Shown one piece after another: positions 1 to 9,229 of a stretch of 64,000 nt of DNA. Position 1 is the stretch's first letter. Every line of letters begins with the position of its first letter. The notes under the pieces are model-generated. The model did not search any database. It saw only the letters and a program-made list of their open reading frames with translations, and had not been told where the DNA came from. Origin of the DNA: an uncultured Trueperaceae bacterium (GTDB taxonomy: Bacteria; Deinococcota; Deinococci; Deinococcales; Trueperaceae); NCBI GenBank assembly GCA_963815215.1, contig CAWFFU010000008.1, positions 224,358 to 288,357 on the forward strand. Direction: 5' to 3'. The translations under genes were made by a program, and so were the position numbers.

Positions 1-435
1 CTCGTTGGCGAGGCGCGTGAGCTGGAAGAGCTCCAGCAGCTCGAAGGCCTTGCGGACACCTTCCTTCTCGGCCGAGCGAATACGCGCCATCTCGAACACG
101 GTCTGAACGATGCCTTCGAACGGCTGAAGCTGCGCGGCGATCAGCATGTTCTCCATCACCGTCAGGGCCCTCAGCTCACGGGAGATCTGGAAGGTGCGGG
201 TCAACCCGCGCCGGGCCACCTTCCACATCGGCATGTTGTGGATCGGCCGGTCCTTGAAGACGATGCTGCCCTTGTCGATCGGCATCCTGCCGCTGATGAG
301 ATTGACGGTGGTGGTCTTGCCGGCGCCGTTGGGCCCGATCAGCCCGACACTCGTCTGCGGGTCGACCGTGAAGCTGCAGCCGTTGACCGCCTGGTTCCCG
401 CCGAAGCGCTTGTGAACCGACCGTAGCTCAAGCAT
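1..435 (-). CDS. livG: Branched-chain amino acid-type ABC transporter ATP-binding protein (LivG-like); 3' end lies outside the window
   Basis: Not in the ORF track; read manually from ATG at 435: MLELRSVHKRFGGNQAVNGCSFTVDPQTSVGLIGPNGAGKTT (Walker A), then RTFQ. The start overlaps the end of the livM-like gene. Confidence 0.9.
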   Translation of the reverse strand, partial: MLELRSVHKRFGGNQAVNGCSFTVDPQTSVGLIGPNGAGKTTTVNLISGRMPIDKGSIVFKDRPIHNMPMWKVARRGLTRTFQISRELRALTVMENMLIAAQLQPFEGIVQTVFEMARIRSAEKEGVRKAFELLELFQLTRLANE

Positions 436-1453
436 GAGGAGGCTCCTCGCCGTCGGGCGCGGCCGCACGTCCGGTCCGCAACCGGCGGTCGCGCTTGGTC
501 GCCCGCTGGAAGCGGTCCGGCCGCTCCGGGATGATCCCTTGCGGCCGGAACTTCAGGGTCAGGATCAGGAGCAGGCCGATGATGATGTAGCGGAATGCCT
601 CGATGAGTTGAGGGTTGGACGGGATGCTCGGCAGGAAGCGGGTCCCTTCGGTGAACACCACGGGCACCAGGATCGCCCCGAGGATGGCACCCCAGTTGTT
701 GCCACTGCCGCCGATCAGGAGTGCGGCCCAGACGAAGAAGGTCTCGCCGATGAGGAAGGCGCTGGGGTTGAAGGCCCCCACGTAGGCGGCGAGCAGGGCT
801 CCGCCGATGGCGGACAGGATCCCGCCCGTCACGAACGCGCGCAGCTTCAAGGAGGCGGTGTTGCGCCCGAAGCTCTCCACCACGAGCTCATCTTCCCTAA
901 CGCCCCTCAAGATGCGGCCGAAGGGGGCTCGCAGCGTCACCTGGGCGAACCACACCACCAGTGCCAACATGACCAGGCTCAGGGCGAGGAAGAAGAAGTT
1001 GTAGTCGTTGAACGACAGCTTCAGCATGCCGTTGAGGGGTTGGGGGATCCCCGAGATTCCGTCCCAACCGTTGACGAGCCAGGTCTCGTTCCCCGCGATC
1101 AACCACAGGATCTGGCTGAACGCGATCGTGGTGATCGCCAGGTAATCGCTCCTCAGGCGCCGCAAGGCGATGGCGCCAAGAGCCCAGGCGGCGAGGCCGC
1201 CCATCAGCGCCGCCGCCAGCAGACCCACCACGAACGGGGCATGGATGCCCAGGATGTAGCTCTGCCCCGCCCCGGGGATGGGCTTCCCGAGCGTGACCAG
1301 ACCGTAGCTGTAGGCGCCGATGGCGACGAAGGCATAGACGCCGAAGTTGAGGATCCCGGCGAAGCCCCACTGGATGTTGAGCCCGAGCGTGATGATGCTG
1401 TAGATGCAGGCGAAGATCGCCAGAACGGTGACGTAATAGCCGAGGGCGGCCAT
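428..1453 (-). CDS. livM: Branched-chain amino acid ABC permease (LivM-like)
   Basis: C-terminal 341 aa of ORF 428..2410 (MAALGYY...). Motifs GLNIQWGFAGILNFG, RLRSDYLAITTIAF, GGSGNNWG and RPQG. TGATG coupling with the upstream gene. Confidence 0.92.
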   Translation of the reverse strand: MAALGYYVTVLAIFACIYSIITLGLNIQWGFAGILNFGVYAFVAIGAYSYGLVTLGKPIPGAGQSYILGIHAPFVVGLLAAALMGGLAAWALGAIALRRLRSDYLAITTIAFSQILWLIAGNETWLVNGWDGISGIPQPLNGMLKLSFNDYNFFFLALSLVMLALVVWFAQVTLRAPFGRILRGVREDELVVESFGRNTASLKLRAFVTGGILSAIGGALLAAYVGAFNPSAFLIGETFFVWAALLIGGSGNNWGAILGAILVPVVFTEGTRFLPSIPSNPQLIEAFRYIIIGLLLILTLKFRPQGIIPERPDRFQRATKRDRRLRTGRAAAPDGEEPPHA

Positions 1454-2328
1454 CAGCCGCGTCCCCGCGAAGCGAAGATGCCCTGCGGCCTCACCAGCAG
1501 TACGCCGATGAGCACCGCGAAGGCGATCGCGTCCTTGTAGGCGGAATCCATGTACGACGCGGCAACCGACGTGATGACACCGATGATCAGTGCCCCGAGC
1601 ATGGCGCCGTACGGCTTGCCGATGCCGCCGACGATGACGGCCGCGAAGATGACCAACAGGAAGCCGAATCCGGTGAACGGCGTGAAGCTGGCCGTATTGA
1701 TGGCGAGCACCACCCCGGCCAACCCTGCCATGGCCGTGCTGATGAACCAGGTCCAGTCGGTGAGCCAGGTGGTGTTGATCCCGACGATCCGGGCCAGCGT
1801 GCGCCGGTCGGACATGGCCCGCATCGCCTTGCCCAGTCGGGTATAGCGCAGAAGGACGTGAATCACGATCATCGCTGCGACGGCCAGGCCCAGGATGATG
1901 AGCTGTCGAGGCGTGAAGATGAACGGGCCGAGGTGCATGGGCTGGCTGGCGCCCAGCGCGAACTTCTGGAACTGCGACCCCCACAGCGCGAGCAGCGCGC
2001 TCTGGATCACGAGTGAGACGCCGATGGTGGCGATCAGCAGGATGATGGGGTTCGACCCTCTGCGCGTGAACGACTCGAGCACCAACCGGTTGACGAGGAC
2101 GCCCGCCAGGCCGGTGCAGCCGACGACCAGCGGCAGCGCCTCGTATACGTTGAGGTGCAGGACCGAGCCGAAGAGCAGGGTCAGGTACATCCCCAGGGTC
2201 ATGAAGTCCCCGTAGGCGAAGTTCACGAAGTTGGTCACGCCGAACTGCAACGAAAGCCCGACGCCCGCGATCGCGATGACCGATGCCGTGATGAGCCCGA
2301 ATCCGATGGAAAGCAACAGGATGCTCAC
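1453..2328 (-). CDS. livH: Branched-chain amino acid ABC permease (LivH-like)
   Basis: GTG start after GGAGGT. Motifs GLSLQFGVTNFVNFAYG, TRLGKAMRA, GGIG and RPQG. Confidence 0.92.
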   Translation of the reverse strand: MSILLLSIGFGLITASVIAIAGVGLSLQFGVTNFVNFAYGDFMTLGMYLTLLFGSVLHLNVYEALPLVVGCTGLAGVLVNRLVLESFTRRGSNPIILLIATIGVSLVIQSALLALWGSQFQKFALGASQPMHLGPFIFTPRQLIILGLAVAAMIVIHVLLRYTRLGKAMRAMSDRRTLARIVGINTTWLTDWTWFISTAMAGLAGVVLAINTASFTPFTGFGFLLVIFAAVIVGGIGKPYGAMLGALIIGVITSVAASYMDSAYKDAIAFAVLIGVLLVRPQGIFASRGRG

Positions 2329-2584
2329 GGCCGGACCTCCACGCCGGCACCGTGTGGTCCGCCCCCACCCCAAGTGACGGCTGTGGGGAGCCCGGGGGCG
2401 GTCTTGCCACCGGGACGCACGGACGGCGAAGCCCTCTTCTGCAGGTGCCGTGGAACGGTTCCGGACAGGCTGCGCATCGATCACCCCTTACAGCGACGAC
2501 GTGACACGAGAGACCCGTGACCCGTCAGGGCGGGCCCACAATGGCGTGCGCGGGAGCGCACGAAACGACGAGGCGTGTCTCCTG

Positions 2585-2634
2585 GTATACGCGACATACA
2601 TGTATACAAAGTGAGAAGATGGAGGCCTCCATCT
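2585..2634. promoter_or_regulatory. Putative operator region of the liv-like operon: GTATAC (2585-2590), TGTATACA (2601-2608) and an 18-bp perfect palindrome AGATGGAGGCCTCCATCT (2617-2634)
   Basis: AT-rich island with palindromes upstream of the operon. TGTATACA resembles GntR-family operator cores (inference). Confidence 0.45.
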
Positions 2635-2655
2635 CATCTGAGCGCCCCATGCAGC

Positions 2656-2693
2656 ACGGATCCCGGCGGGACCGCGCAGCCGCCGGGATCCGT
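2656..2693 (-). terminator. GC-rich hairpin downstream of the MFS gene
   Basis: ACGGATCCCGGCGG-N10-CCGCCGGGATCCGT, a 14-bp perfect stem about 30 nt after the stop. No clear U-tract. Confidence 0.6.
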
Positions 2694-2724
2694 ACCGAGG
2701 CGATAACCGCCGTCGGTCACACGC

Positions 2725-4455
2725 CTATGGCTCGGCCTCCACCCTCGTGAGGCGCGCAGGTTCGGCGGGCATGCGTCCCCGGCCGGCGCCCACCCGCTCC
2801 TCGGCGTCACCGTCCTCCCCGCGATCGAGCGACGCCTCGTCGCTCTCGAAGAACTCGTCCTGCTTCAGGTCGATCTCCGGCAGCAGGAAGGTTGCCAAGA
2901 ACGCCAGGATCGCCACCACCAGCCCGACGGTGAAGATCTCGCCCATGCCGTGGTTGAGGCCCACCCGGACGGCATGCACGAACTGGTCGTAGAACGCCTG
3001 GCCCTGGGACCCGAAGCGGGCGAAGTTGGCTCGGATCGCCTCCTGGGCCTGCGCCGTGATGAGCCCCTGCGGGTTGTCCAGGGCGGCCTGTTGCTGAGGC
3101 GGCAGGGCGCTCAGCATGGTCCGGAGCGGGCCGGGCAGGGCCTGGTGGAAGCTGCCGGAGAAGCCGCGGGCCAGCAAGGTGCCCAGGATGGGCGCGATGA
3201 TGACGCCGCCGAGCGATCGCACGAACTGCTGGGTGGCGTTGACCACACCCATGATCTTGTAGGGGAAGGCGTTCTGCACCGCCACGTTCAACAACGGAAG
3301 GAGCGTACCGATGCCGATGCCCATGACGATCATGTTGCGGACCACGGTGGGCCAGGTGGTGTTCACGCCCATGAGGTTGAACAGCACCATGCCACCGACC
3401 ATGAACAGCGCACCCACCACCGCCAGCAGCTTGTAGCGGCCGGTGCGGGTCATGAGCCAGCCGGAACCCACGCTGCCGACGATGAAGCTCAGCATCATGG
3501 GGGTGAGCACCTCGCCGGAGCTCTGCGCCGACAGGCCCAGGACCCCCTGGACGTACAGCGGCAGGAACATCAACGTGCCGAACATACCCATGGTCACCAG
3601 CAGGGCGATGACGACGGTGGTCGTGAAGATGGGCTTGGCGAAGAGCTGCGGATCGAGCACCGGTTCTGGCGCGCGGCGCTCGTTCCACACGAACAGCCCC
3701 AGGAAGACGGCGGCGACGGCGAACATGCCGAGGATGAGCGGGCTTCCCCAGGCGTACTGGCCGCCGGCCCAGGTCAGCGCCAGCAGCAGCGGAACCAGTC
3801 CCAGAGCCATCAGGACGCTGCCCTGCCAGTCCAGCTTCACGCGGTGGTCGACACGCACCCGAGGCAGGGTGGCCAGCACGGCAACGAGCGCCACCGCCGC
3901 CACCGGCAAGTTGACGTAGAACACCCAGCGCCAGCCCATGTGGTCGGTGATCCAGCCGCCGATGGTGGGGCCGATGATGCTGGCGACGCCGAACGTCGCC
4001 GCGATCACGCCCATCCAGCGGCCGCGCTCGCGCGGGTTGAAGATGTCGCCGATGGTGGCGCGCGGCATGCTCATCAACGCGCCGGCGCCGATGCCCTGGA
4101 TGCCCCGGGCCAGGATCAGCTCGAGCATGGTGTGCGCCTGGCCGCTCACCGCCGAGCCCGCCATGAACACCACCAGGCCGAAGATGTAGAACGGCTTGCG
4201 ACCGTAGATGTCGGAGAGCTTGCCGTAGATCGGCACCGTGATGGCGGAGGCCATCATGTAGGCGGTGAAGACCCAGGCGTAGATGCTCAAGCCCTTGAGG
4301 TCGCCGACGATGACCGGGAGCGCCGTCGACACCACGGTCTGGTCGAGCGAGGCGAAGAACATCGACAGCAGGACCGCGCCGAGCGCCCACCAACGGGCGT
4401 TGCCGGTGATGCGGTTGGTGTCCTGCTGGGCACGGGGGGCCGCCTTCCGCCTCAT
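2725..4455 (-). CDS. DHA2 (EmrB/QacA-type, 14-TMS) MFS efflux transporter
   Basis: Motifs LDQTVVSTALP, GKLSDIYGRK, RGIQGIG and WRWVFYVNLP. ATGA overlap with the MarR gene. Confidence 0.93.
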   Translation of the reverse strand: MRRKAAPRAQQDTNRITGNARWWALGAVLLSMFFASLDQTVVSTALPVIVGDLKGLSIYAWVFTAYMMASAITVPIYGKLSDIYGRKPFYIFGLVVFMAGSAVSGQAHTMLELILARGIQGIGAGALMSMPRATIGDIFNPRERGRWMGVIAATFGVASIIGPTIGGWITDHMGWRWVFYVNLPVAAVALVAVLATLPRVRVDHRVKLDWQGSVLMALGLVPLLLALTWAGGQYAWGSPLILGMFAVAAVFLGLFVWNERRAPEPVLDPQLFAKPIFTTTVVIALLVTMGMFGTLMFLPLYVQGVLGLSAQSSGEVLTPMMLSFIVGSVGSGWLMTRTGRYKLLAVVGALFMVGGMVLFNLMGVNTTWPTVVRNMIVMGIGIGTLLPLLNVAVQNAFPYKIMGVVNATQQFVRSLGGVIIAPILGTLLARGFSGSFHQALPGPLRTMLSALPPQQQAALDNPQGLITAQAQEAIRANFARFGSQGQAFYDQFVHAVRVGLNHGMGEIFTVGLVVAILAFLATFLLPEIDLKQDEFFESDEASLDRGEDGDAEERVGAGRGRMPAEPARLTRVEAEP

Positions 4456-4925
4456 GCCGGGCCCCCACTCGGCTCGGTCGGCCGGTGCGCCTCCACGGTC
4501 TCCGAGAGCGCCTCCATGTCGTCGGCGATGCGCGCGAACGTCCCGTGGGGCACGCCGTGCAACGCACGCTCGAGGGCCTCGCCCAGCACCGCCCAGCCTG
4601 CAGCGGCGGCTTCGGCGCCCGCCTCGGTCACCACCACCACGACACGGCGCCGGTCGACGGTGTCGGGTCGGCGTTCGACGTAGCCGAGCTCGCTCAGGCG
4701 GTCCAGCGTACGCGTGACCAGCGGCGCGGCGGTACCGGTGCGATCGACCAGTTCGTGGGGATGCGTCGAGCCCCCCTCGAAGGCGTGCAGCATCACCAAC
4801 TCCTTGGACGTGAGCCCGCAAGCCTGCTCCACCGGTTCCGCAGCGATCCCGTTGAGTGCGCGCCCGAATCGTCGGGCCGCTCGGGCCATCCGGAACATGT
4901 CATCCATCAAGACAGTCGTTTTCAC
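4452..4925 (-). CDS. MarR-family transcriptional regulator
   Basis: Winged-helix motif VTRTLDRLSELGYVERRPDTVDRRRVVVVVTEAG. GTG at 4925 lies 7 nt after TATATT (leaderless-type). Alternative ATG at 4907. Confidence 0.9.
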   Translation of the reverse strand: MKTTVLMDDMFRMARAARRFGRALNGIAAEPVEQACGLTSKELVMLHAFEGGSTHPHELVDRTGTAAPLVTRTLDRLSELGYVERRPDTVDRRRVVVVVTEAGAEAAAAGWAVLGEALERALHGVPHGTFARIADDMEALSETVEAHRPTEPSGGPA

Positions 4926-5029
4926 GCAGAACAATATACGCGGTAATAGTTACTCTGTCAATTATTCTCCAACGAACGACCCCCGCAGACCCGAGTCGAT
5001 GATGGATCCCGGTCCCGGCCACTCCCGGG

Positions 5030-5245
5030 GCCGGCGGCTTCACGATCGTCAGCTGGCCGAGCCCGATGCCCTGCCCGATCGGCGCGAACGAGTCCTTGTG
5101 ACCCGCGCCGTCCATCACCGTGAGCGTCCAGTCGCAGGTTCCGTCGGCGGCGTCCGCGGGGAGCTTCCCGCCGGTCACGGCGTCGAACACGTACGCCCGC
5201 CACACCACGGTCTCGCCGGGCTGGGACACGGTGTTCACCACGCGA
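5030..5245 (-). pseudogene. Probable internally deleted remnant of an exported hypothetical-protein gene
   Basis: Protein-like stretch PGETVVWRAYVFDAVTGGKL...GTCDWTLTVMDGAGHKDSFAP...GQLTIVK in an intergenic gap, with no signal peptide or good start. Boundaries approximate. Confidence 0.35.
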
Positions 5246-5374
5246 ACCGCTACCTGGGCGACGGGAGTCGGAACGGTGAGCGGATCAGGGTTTTTCACGC
5301 CGCATTCAACCGTTTCATGTGGCGAGCGACGAGTATGCGCATCGGCCCCCGGACGGGGCCGGAAAGAGGTCGGC

Positions 5375-5989
5375 ATGCGCATGCGCACGATGGTCCTGAC
5401 CGGTTTCATCCTCCTCCTGGGGAGCGCGACGTTCGCCGAGACAACGCCGGCGACCGCCGTGAGCCGGGAGTTCCCGCGGGTCCTGGCGACGCTGAACCTG
5501 CAACCCGGGCAATCCGCTACCGTCACCGTGCCCGACGCCTACTTCAAGGGAGCCGCAGCCGGAGAGATGACGATCTACATCCCCGCCAACGTTTTCAAGG
5601 ATCCCGTCCGCTTCCAGGTGTTGACGTCGTCGAACGGCCGCTGGGACGGCATGGTGCCGATGGGCCAGAAGGTGGTCGCCAACTTCGCCTACTTGGTCGT
5701 CGACACCAGGACCGGCAAGCCCCTGGAGGCGTTCCGGAATCCCGTGCAGTACACCGTGTCCGACGGGATGATCGACGCCAAGAGCGTGTACTGGGCCGTC
5801 AAGCCCGGCGACACCCCTAAGTTCGTCGACGCCAACGCCCACAGCACGATCCACGGCACCGTGCTGTCGCATCCCACGCCGACCGCCGCCGTGGGATGGA
5901 TCATCACCACGCCTAAGAGCGACCTGGCGAGCACGATGAAGAGCGGGGCCTCGAACAGCGGCTCGGGCTCGAGCGGCAACGGCATGTAA
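5375..5989 (+). CDS. Secreted hypothetical protein (beta-rich)
   Basis: RBS GAAAGAGGT. Signal peptide MRMRTMVLTGFILLLGSATFA. Coding-like codon bias and a Ser/Gly tail. Confidence 0.8.
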   Translation: MRMRTMVLTGFILLLGSATFAETTPATAVSREFPRVLATLNLQPGQSATVTVPDAYFKGAAAGEMTIYIPANVFKDPVRFQVLTSSNGRWDGMVPMGQKVVANFAYLVVDTRTGKPLEAFRNPVQYTVSDGMIDAKSVYWAVKPGDTPKFVDANAHSTIHGTVLSHPTPTAAVGWIITTPKSDLASTMKSGASNSGSGSSGNGM

Positions 5990-6103
5990 CCTCGCCCCCA
6001 CCCGTACGAACCGCACGTGACCCCCGCGCTTCCAGGAGCCTTGCATCGGCCCTGGCGCAGGGGTCACGCCTCGTTCGGAACCGCCGGGCGCCGAGGCCGC
6101 GCC

Positions 6104-7198
6104 TCAGCCCTCGCGGTAGAAACGACTGTTGCGGTAGTACGCGTCGAACAGCAGCTTGGCGAAACCCATCAGCGGAACGGCCAGCAGCGCCCCCAGCACG
6201 CCGGCGAAGTGCAGCCCGAGCAGCAGCGCGATGACGACGGTGGTGGGGTGGAGGCGCACCGTACGCCCCAGCACCAGCGGCTCCAACACATGACCCTCGA
6301 GCTGATTGGCAACGGTATAGACGATCAGCACCCCGATCACCGTCCACCACCCTAACGGCGCCGCCAGCAACAGCGCCGGCGTGATGGCGATGATCGGCCC
6401 GAGGTAGGGCACGAGGTCGAACAGACCGCCCAGGAAACCCAGCGACAGCGCCAGCGGCACGCCCAGGAGAGCAAGTCCCACGCCCGTGACCGCACCGACG
6501 ATGCCGGCGACGATGAGCTGACCGCGGAAGTAGCCGCCCACTGCGTGCTCGAACTTGTCGATCACGTCGGCAACGGTGTCCTGGTAGGGCTCGGGGGCCG
6601 CAAGCCGGAAGCTGCGGGTCACGCGCTGGAAGTCCGCCAGCAGGTAGGCGGTCAGCGCGAGCAGCCCGAGGAGCCGCACGACGTCCCCGACGAGCAGCCG
6701 CAGCGTATGGAAGAGCCCGCCCCCCGTGACGTAGGTGGCGAACTGGTCCAGGAAGTGGCTGGCCCACTGACGGACCTGGGCATGGGCCGAGCCGTAGGCG
6801 TTGCTCAGGGCGAGCTTCACGGACTGCGGCAGGGGAGCGTCCTGGATGAGTCCCGGAACGTGCTGCGTGACGGTGGTGGCCTGTTGGATCAGGGCGGGGA
6901 GCTGGTCCGGCAGCCGGGAGAGCTGCTCGAACAGGTCGAAGAACAGCAGCGCGAACAGGGCGAGCACCGCAAGAACGGCGAGCACCGACACGACCAGACC
7001 GACCCAGCGCACGTGGAAGCGGCGACGGCTCCAACGCACCAGCGGGTGGAGCAGGTAGGCCAGCACGAAAGCGGTCACCACGATGAACCACACGCCGCGG
7101 GTGACCGCCACGAACCAGACCACGGCGGCGAGTAGCGCCAGCGCAACGAGGACCCGCGCCAGCGGCTGACGCCACAGGCTCGTTATGGCGTCGCGCAC
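6104..7198 (-). CDS. AI-2E family (PerM/UPF0118) transporter
   Basis: Motifs AYLLHPLVRW, GGYFRGQL, LVPYLGP, NQLEGHVLEP and GALLAVP. Confidence 0.92.
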   Translation of the reverse strand: MRDAITSLWRQPLARVLVALALLAAVVWFVAVTRGVWFIVVTAFVLAYLLHPLVRWSRRRFHVRWVGLVVSVLAVLAVLALFALLFFDLFEQLSRLPDQLPALIQQATTVTQHVPGLIQDAPLPQSVKLALSNAYGSAHAQVRQWASHFLDQFATYVTGGGLFHTLRLLVGDVVRLLGLLALTAYLLADFQRVTRSFRLAAPEPYQDTVADVIDKFEHAVGGYFRGQLIVAGIVGAVTGVGLALLGVPLALSLGFLGGLFDLVPYLGPIIAITPALLLAAPLGWWTVIGVLIVYTVANQLEGHVLEPLVLGRTVRLHPTTVVIALLLGLHFAGVLGALLAVPLMGFAKLLFDAYYRNSRFYREG

Positions 7199-7361
7199 GC
7201 TCTCGCCCCCTTCCGTCGGGTTCTGCCCCGGCACGTCCGGGACGCTCACGGGCAATCTACCGCGAGACGAAGGCCGTTCAGGACACGCCCCCGACGTGCG
7301 GAGCGCCCGGGCGGCGTGCGGGAGCCCCGTCCACAAGGGCTTGGAGTCGTGTGTACCGCCA

Positions 7362-7370
7362 TGGTACACT
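7362..7370 (+). promoter_or_regulatory. Extended -10 element (TGgTACACT) upstream of the sigma gene
   Basis: TGnTANNNT match about 150 nt upstream of the ATG at 7523. Confidence 0.4.
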
Positions 7371-7522
7371 TCCCTCGTGTGGCGGCGGCACACCGCGTCG
7401 TCACGCCCCCCGCCAGCACGACGTCGATCACGCGGCCGACCCGGACCGGGGCCGGCGCGCGTCCAGGCTCCGGGCAGGTCGCCCTGAGCCGCGAAGGTCG
7501 GCCGCCGGCCGGAGATGATTCC

Positions 7523-8578
7523 ATGACCAGATCCCCGATCCAGGAGCAGCACGACCAGGAACCACACGAGCACGAGCCCCTCGACCACGACACCGTCCGT
7601 GACCACGGCCGGGAGGAGGGCCAGGCGAGCGCTCGAGTGCGGCAGCGGAGGACCGTGGACGACGGCAATGACCTACAGCGCTACCTTAGCGAGATCGGAC
7701 GGGTCCCCCTGCTCGGTCGCGACGAAGAGGTGGCCCTGGCGCGTCGCGTCGACAGCGGCAAGGACGCCGAAGCCCACCTCGCGTCCGAAGGCGATGCGCT
7801 CGACGCCCGCGAGCGGCGGCGCCTGACCCGCCAGGTGGAGGACGCCGAGCGGGCGCGCGAGAACCTCATCGAGGCCAACCTGCGGCTCGTGGTCTCGGTG
7901 GCCAAGCGCTACCGCACACGTGGCCTGCCCATGCTGGACCTCATCCAGGAAGGCAACGCCGGGCTGATGCACGCCGTGGAGAAGTACGACGTCAGCACCG
8001 GCTATAAGTTCTCGACCTACGCCGTGTGGTGGATCCGCCAGGCGGTGGTGCGGGCGCTGGCCAACGGCTCGCGCACCATCCGCCTGCCGGTGCACTTCCA
8101 GGAGACGCTCCATCGGCTGCGCTCCAGCGCCGACCAGCTCGAGCAGGAACTCGGGCGCCCACCCAGCCGCGAGGAGATCGCTGGCGTGATGGGCGAAGGT
8201 TGGACGGTGGAGCGCGTCGACCACACCCTGCGTCAGGCGCGCGACACCCTCTCCCTCGAACGACCCATCGGCGAAGAGCAGGACACCACCCTCGGCGAGA
8301 TGTTGCCCGACGCCGACGCCGATGCTCCCGTCGAGCTGGCCAGCGAGACCGCCCTGTCCGACCAGCTCAGCCGCCTGCTGGGACGCCTCACCGAGCGTGA
8401 AGCGGACGTCCTGCGGTTGCGCTTCGGCCTGGTGGACGGCGAACAGCACACACTCGAGGCCATCGGCCGCCAGTACGGCATCACCCGCGAGGCGGTGCGC
8501 CAGGCCGAAGCCCGCGCACTACGCAAGCTGCAGTACCTGGCACGCCGCGATCTCTCGCTGCGCGATTTCCTCGATTGA
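7523..8578 (+). CDS. Sigma-70 family RNA polymerase sigma factor, RpoD/SigA-like, lacking region 1.1 (group-2-like paralogue)
   Basis: Region 1.2 (LQRYLSEIGRVPLL), region 2 (EANLRLVVSVAKRY, DLIQEGN, KFSTYAVWWIRQA), region 3 (SLERPIG) and region 4 (TLEAIG...TREAVRQ). 351 aa. Confidence 0.95.
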   Translation: MTRSPIQEQHDQEPHEHEPLDHDTVRDHGREEGQASARVRQRRTVDDGNDLQRYLSEIGRVPLLGRDEEVALARRVDSGKDAEAHLASEGDALDARERRRLTRQVEDAERARENLIEANLRLVVSVAKRYRTRGLPMLDLIQEGNAGLMHAVEKYDVSTGYKFSTYAVWWIRQAVVRALANGSRTIRLPVHFQETLHRLRSSADQLEQELGRPPSREEIAGVMGEGWTVERVDHTLRQARDTLSLERPIGEEQDTTLGEMLPDADADAPVELASETALSDQLSRLLGRLTEREADVLRLRFGLVDGEQHTLEAIGRQYGITREAVRQAEARALRKLQYLARRDLSLRDFLD

Positions 8579-8719
8579 TCCGCCGCATGGCCCGCGCCGT
8601 CAGGTGCTGGGGCCGGCTGCTCGACAACCCCGCAGCGTCCTTCCCTGACGCTGTTCTCGACTCGCCTCGGCGATGGGCTCGCACACCCGTCCGGCGGCCG
8701 CGAGGGAGCCGTTGGCCTC

Positions 8720-8748
8720 TTGCGCTCGACCCCTTCAGCCCCTATACT
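8720..8748 (+). promoter_or_regulatory. Sigma70-type promoter TTGCGC-N17-TATACT
   Basis: Near-consensus hexamers with a 17-bp spacer, about 125 nt upstream of the small ORF at 8874. Confidence 0.55.
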
Positions 8749-8873
8749 CGACCTCCGACGTCGACTCTTGCGCTGCCCTTTCGTAACCAGGCCAGCCGTA
8801 TCTCACCGCACGGGTGAATGTCCCGACGAACCCCCTGAGCAGATCCTGAGCGGAACCCCACAGGAGTTTGACG

Positions 8874-9119
8874 ATGGTTCGCGAGAGCACGCGCGTCTTC
8901 GCGCCGATCGCCGGTAGTCGCGGCGTCCGGCCCGTAACTCCCATCTCCCCCAATCGCTGGAAGGGCGAGTCCGACTGCATCGTCGGGCCGTTCTCGAGCC
9001 GCACCCTGGCCTTCGGGTTCGCCAACGTGACGACCGATTTCGGTCAGTATGGCGGCGTCCGTTTCCACGTCTTCGCCAAGCGCGACTCCTGGTACATCGA
9101 GGTCCAAGTTCAGCACTGA
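8874..9119 (+). CDS. Small hypothetical protein (81 aa)
   Basis: RBS CAGGAG, an upstream promoter, and a protein-like C-terminus (GPFSSRTLAFGFA...VRFHVFAKRDSWYIEV). Confidence 0.65.
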   Translation: MVRESTRVFAPIAGSRGVRPVTPISPNRWKGESDCIVGPFSSRTLAFGFANVTTDFGQYGGVRFHVFAKRDSWYIEVQVQH

Positions 9120-9229
9120 GCGCCGAGCTTCGCAGCGCCGGTCGCAGGTGCGATGGGAAGACGTGCGCCGTGGGCGCAGGCCCGGCACCGCTGACGCCGC
9201 ACAGACGGGGATCCTGTCGCGGGAGCACG

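Noticed and set aside
428..4821. Long N-terminal extensions on the LivM (660 aa) and MFS (698 aa) ORFs
   Set aside because: They are off-frame read-through over the upstream genes. True starts are at coupled junctions (1453 and 4455).
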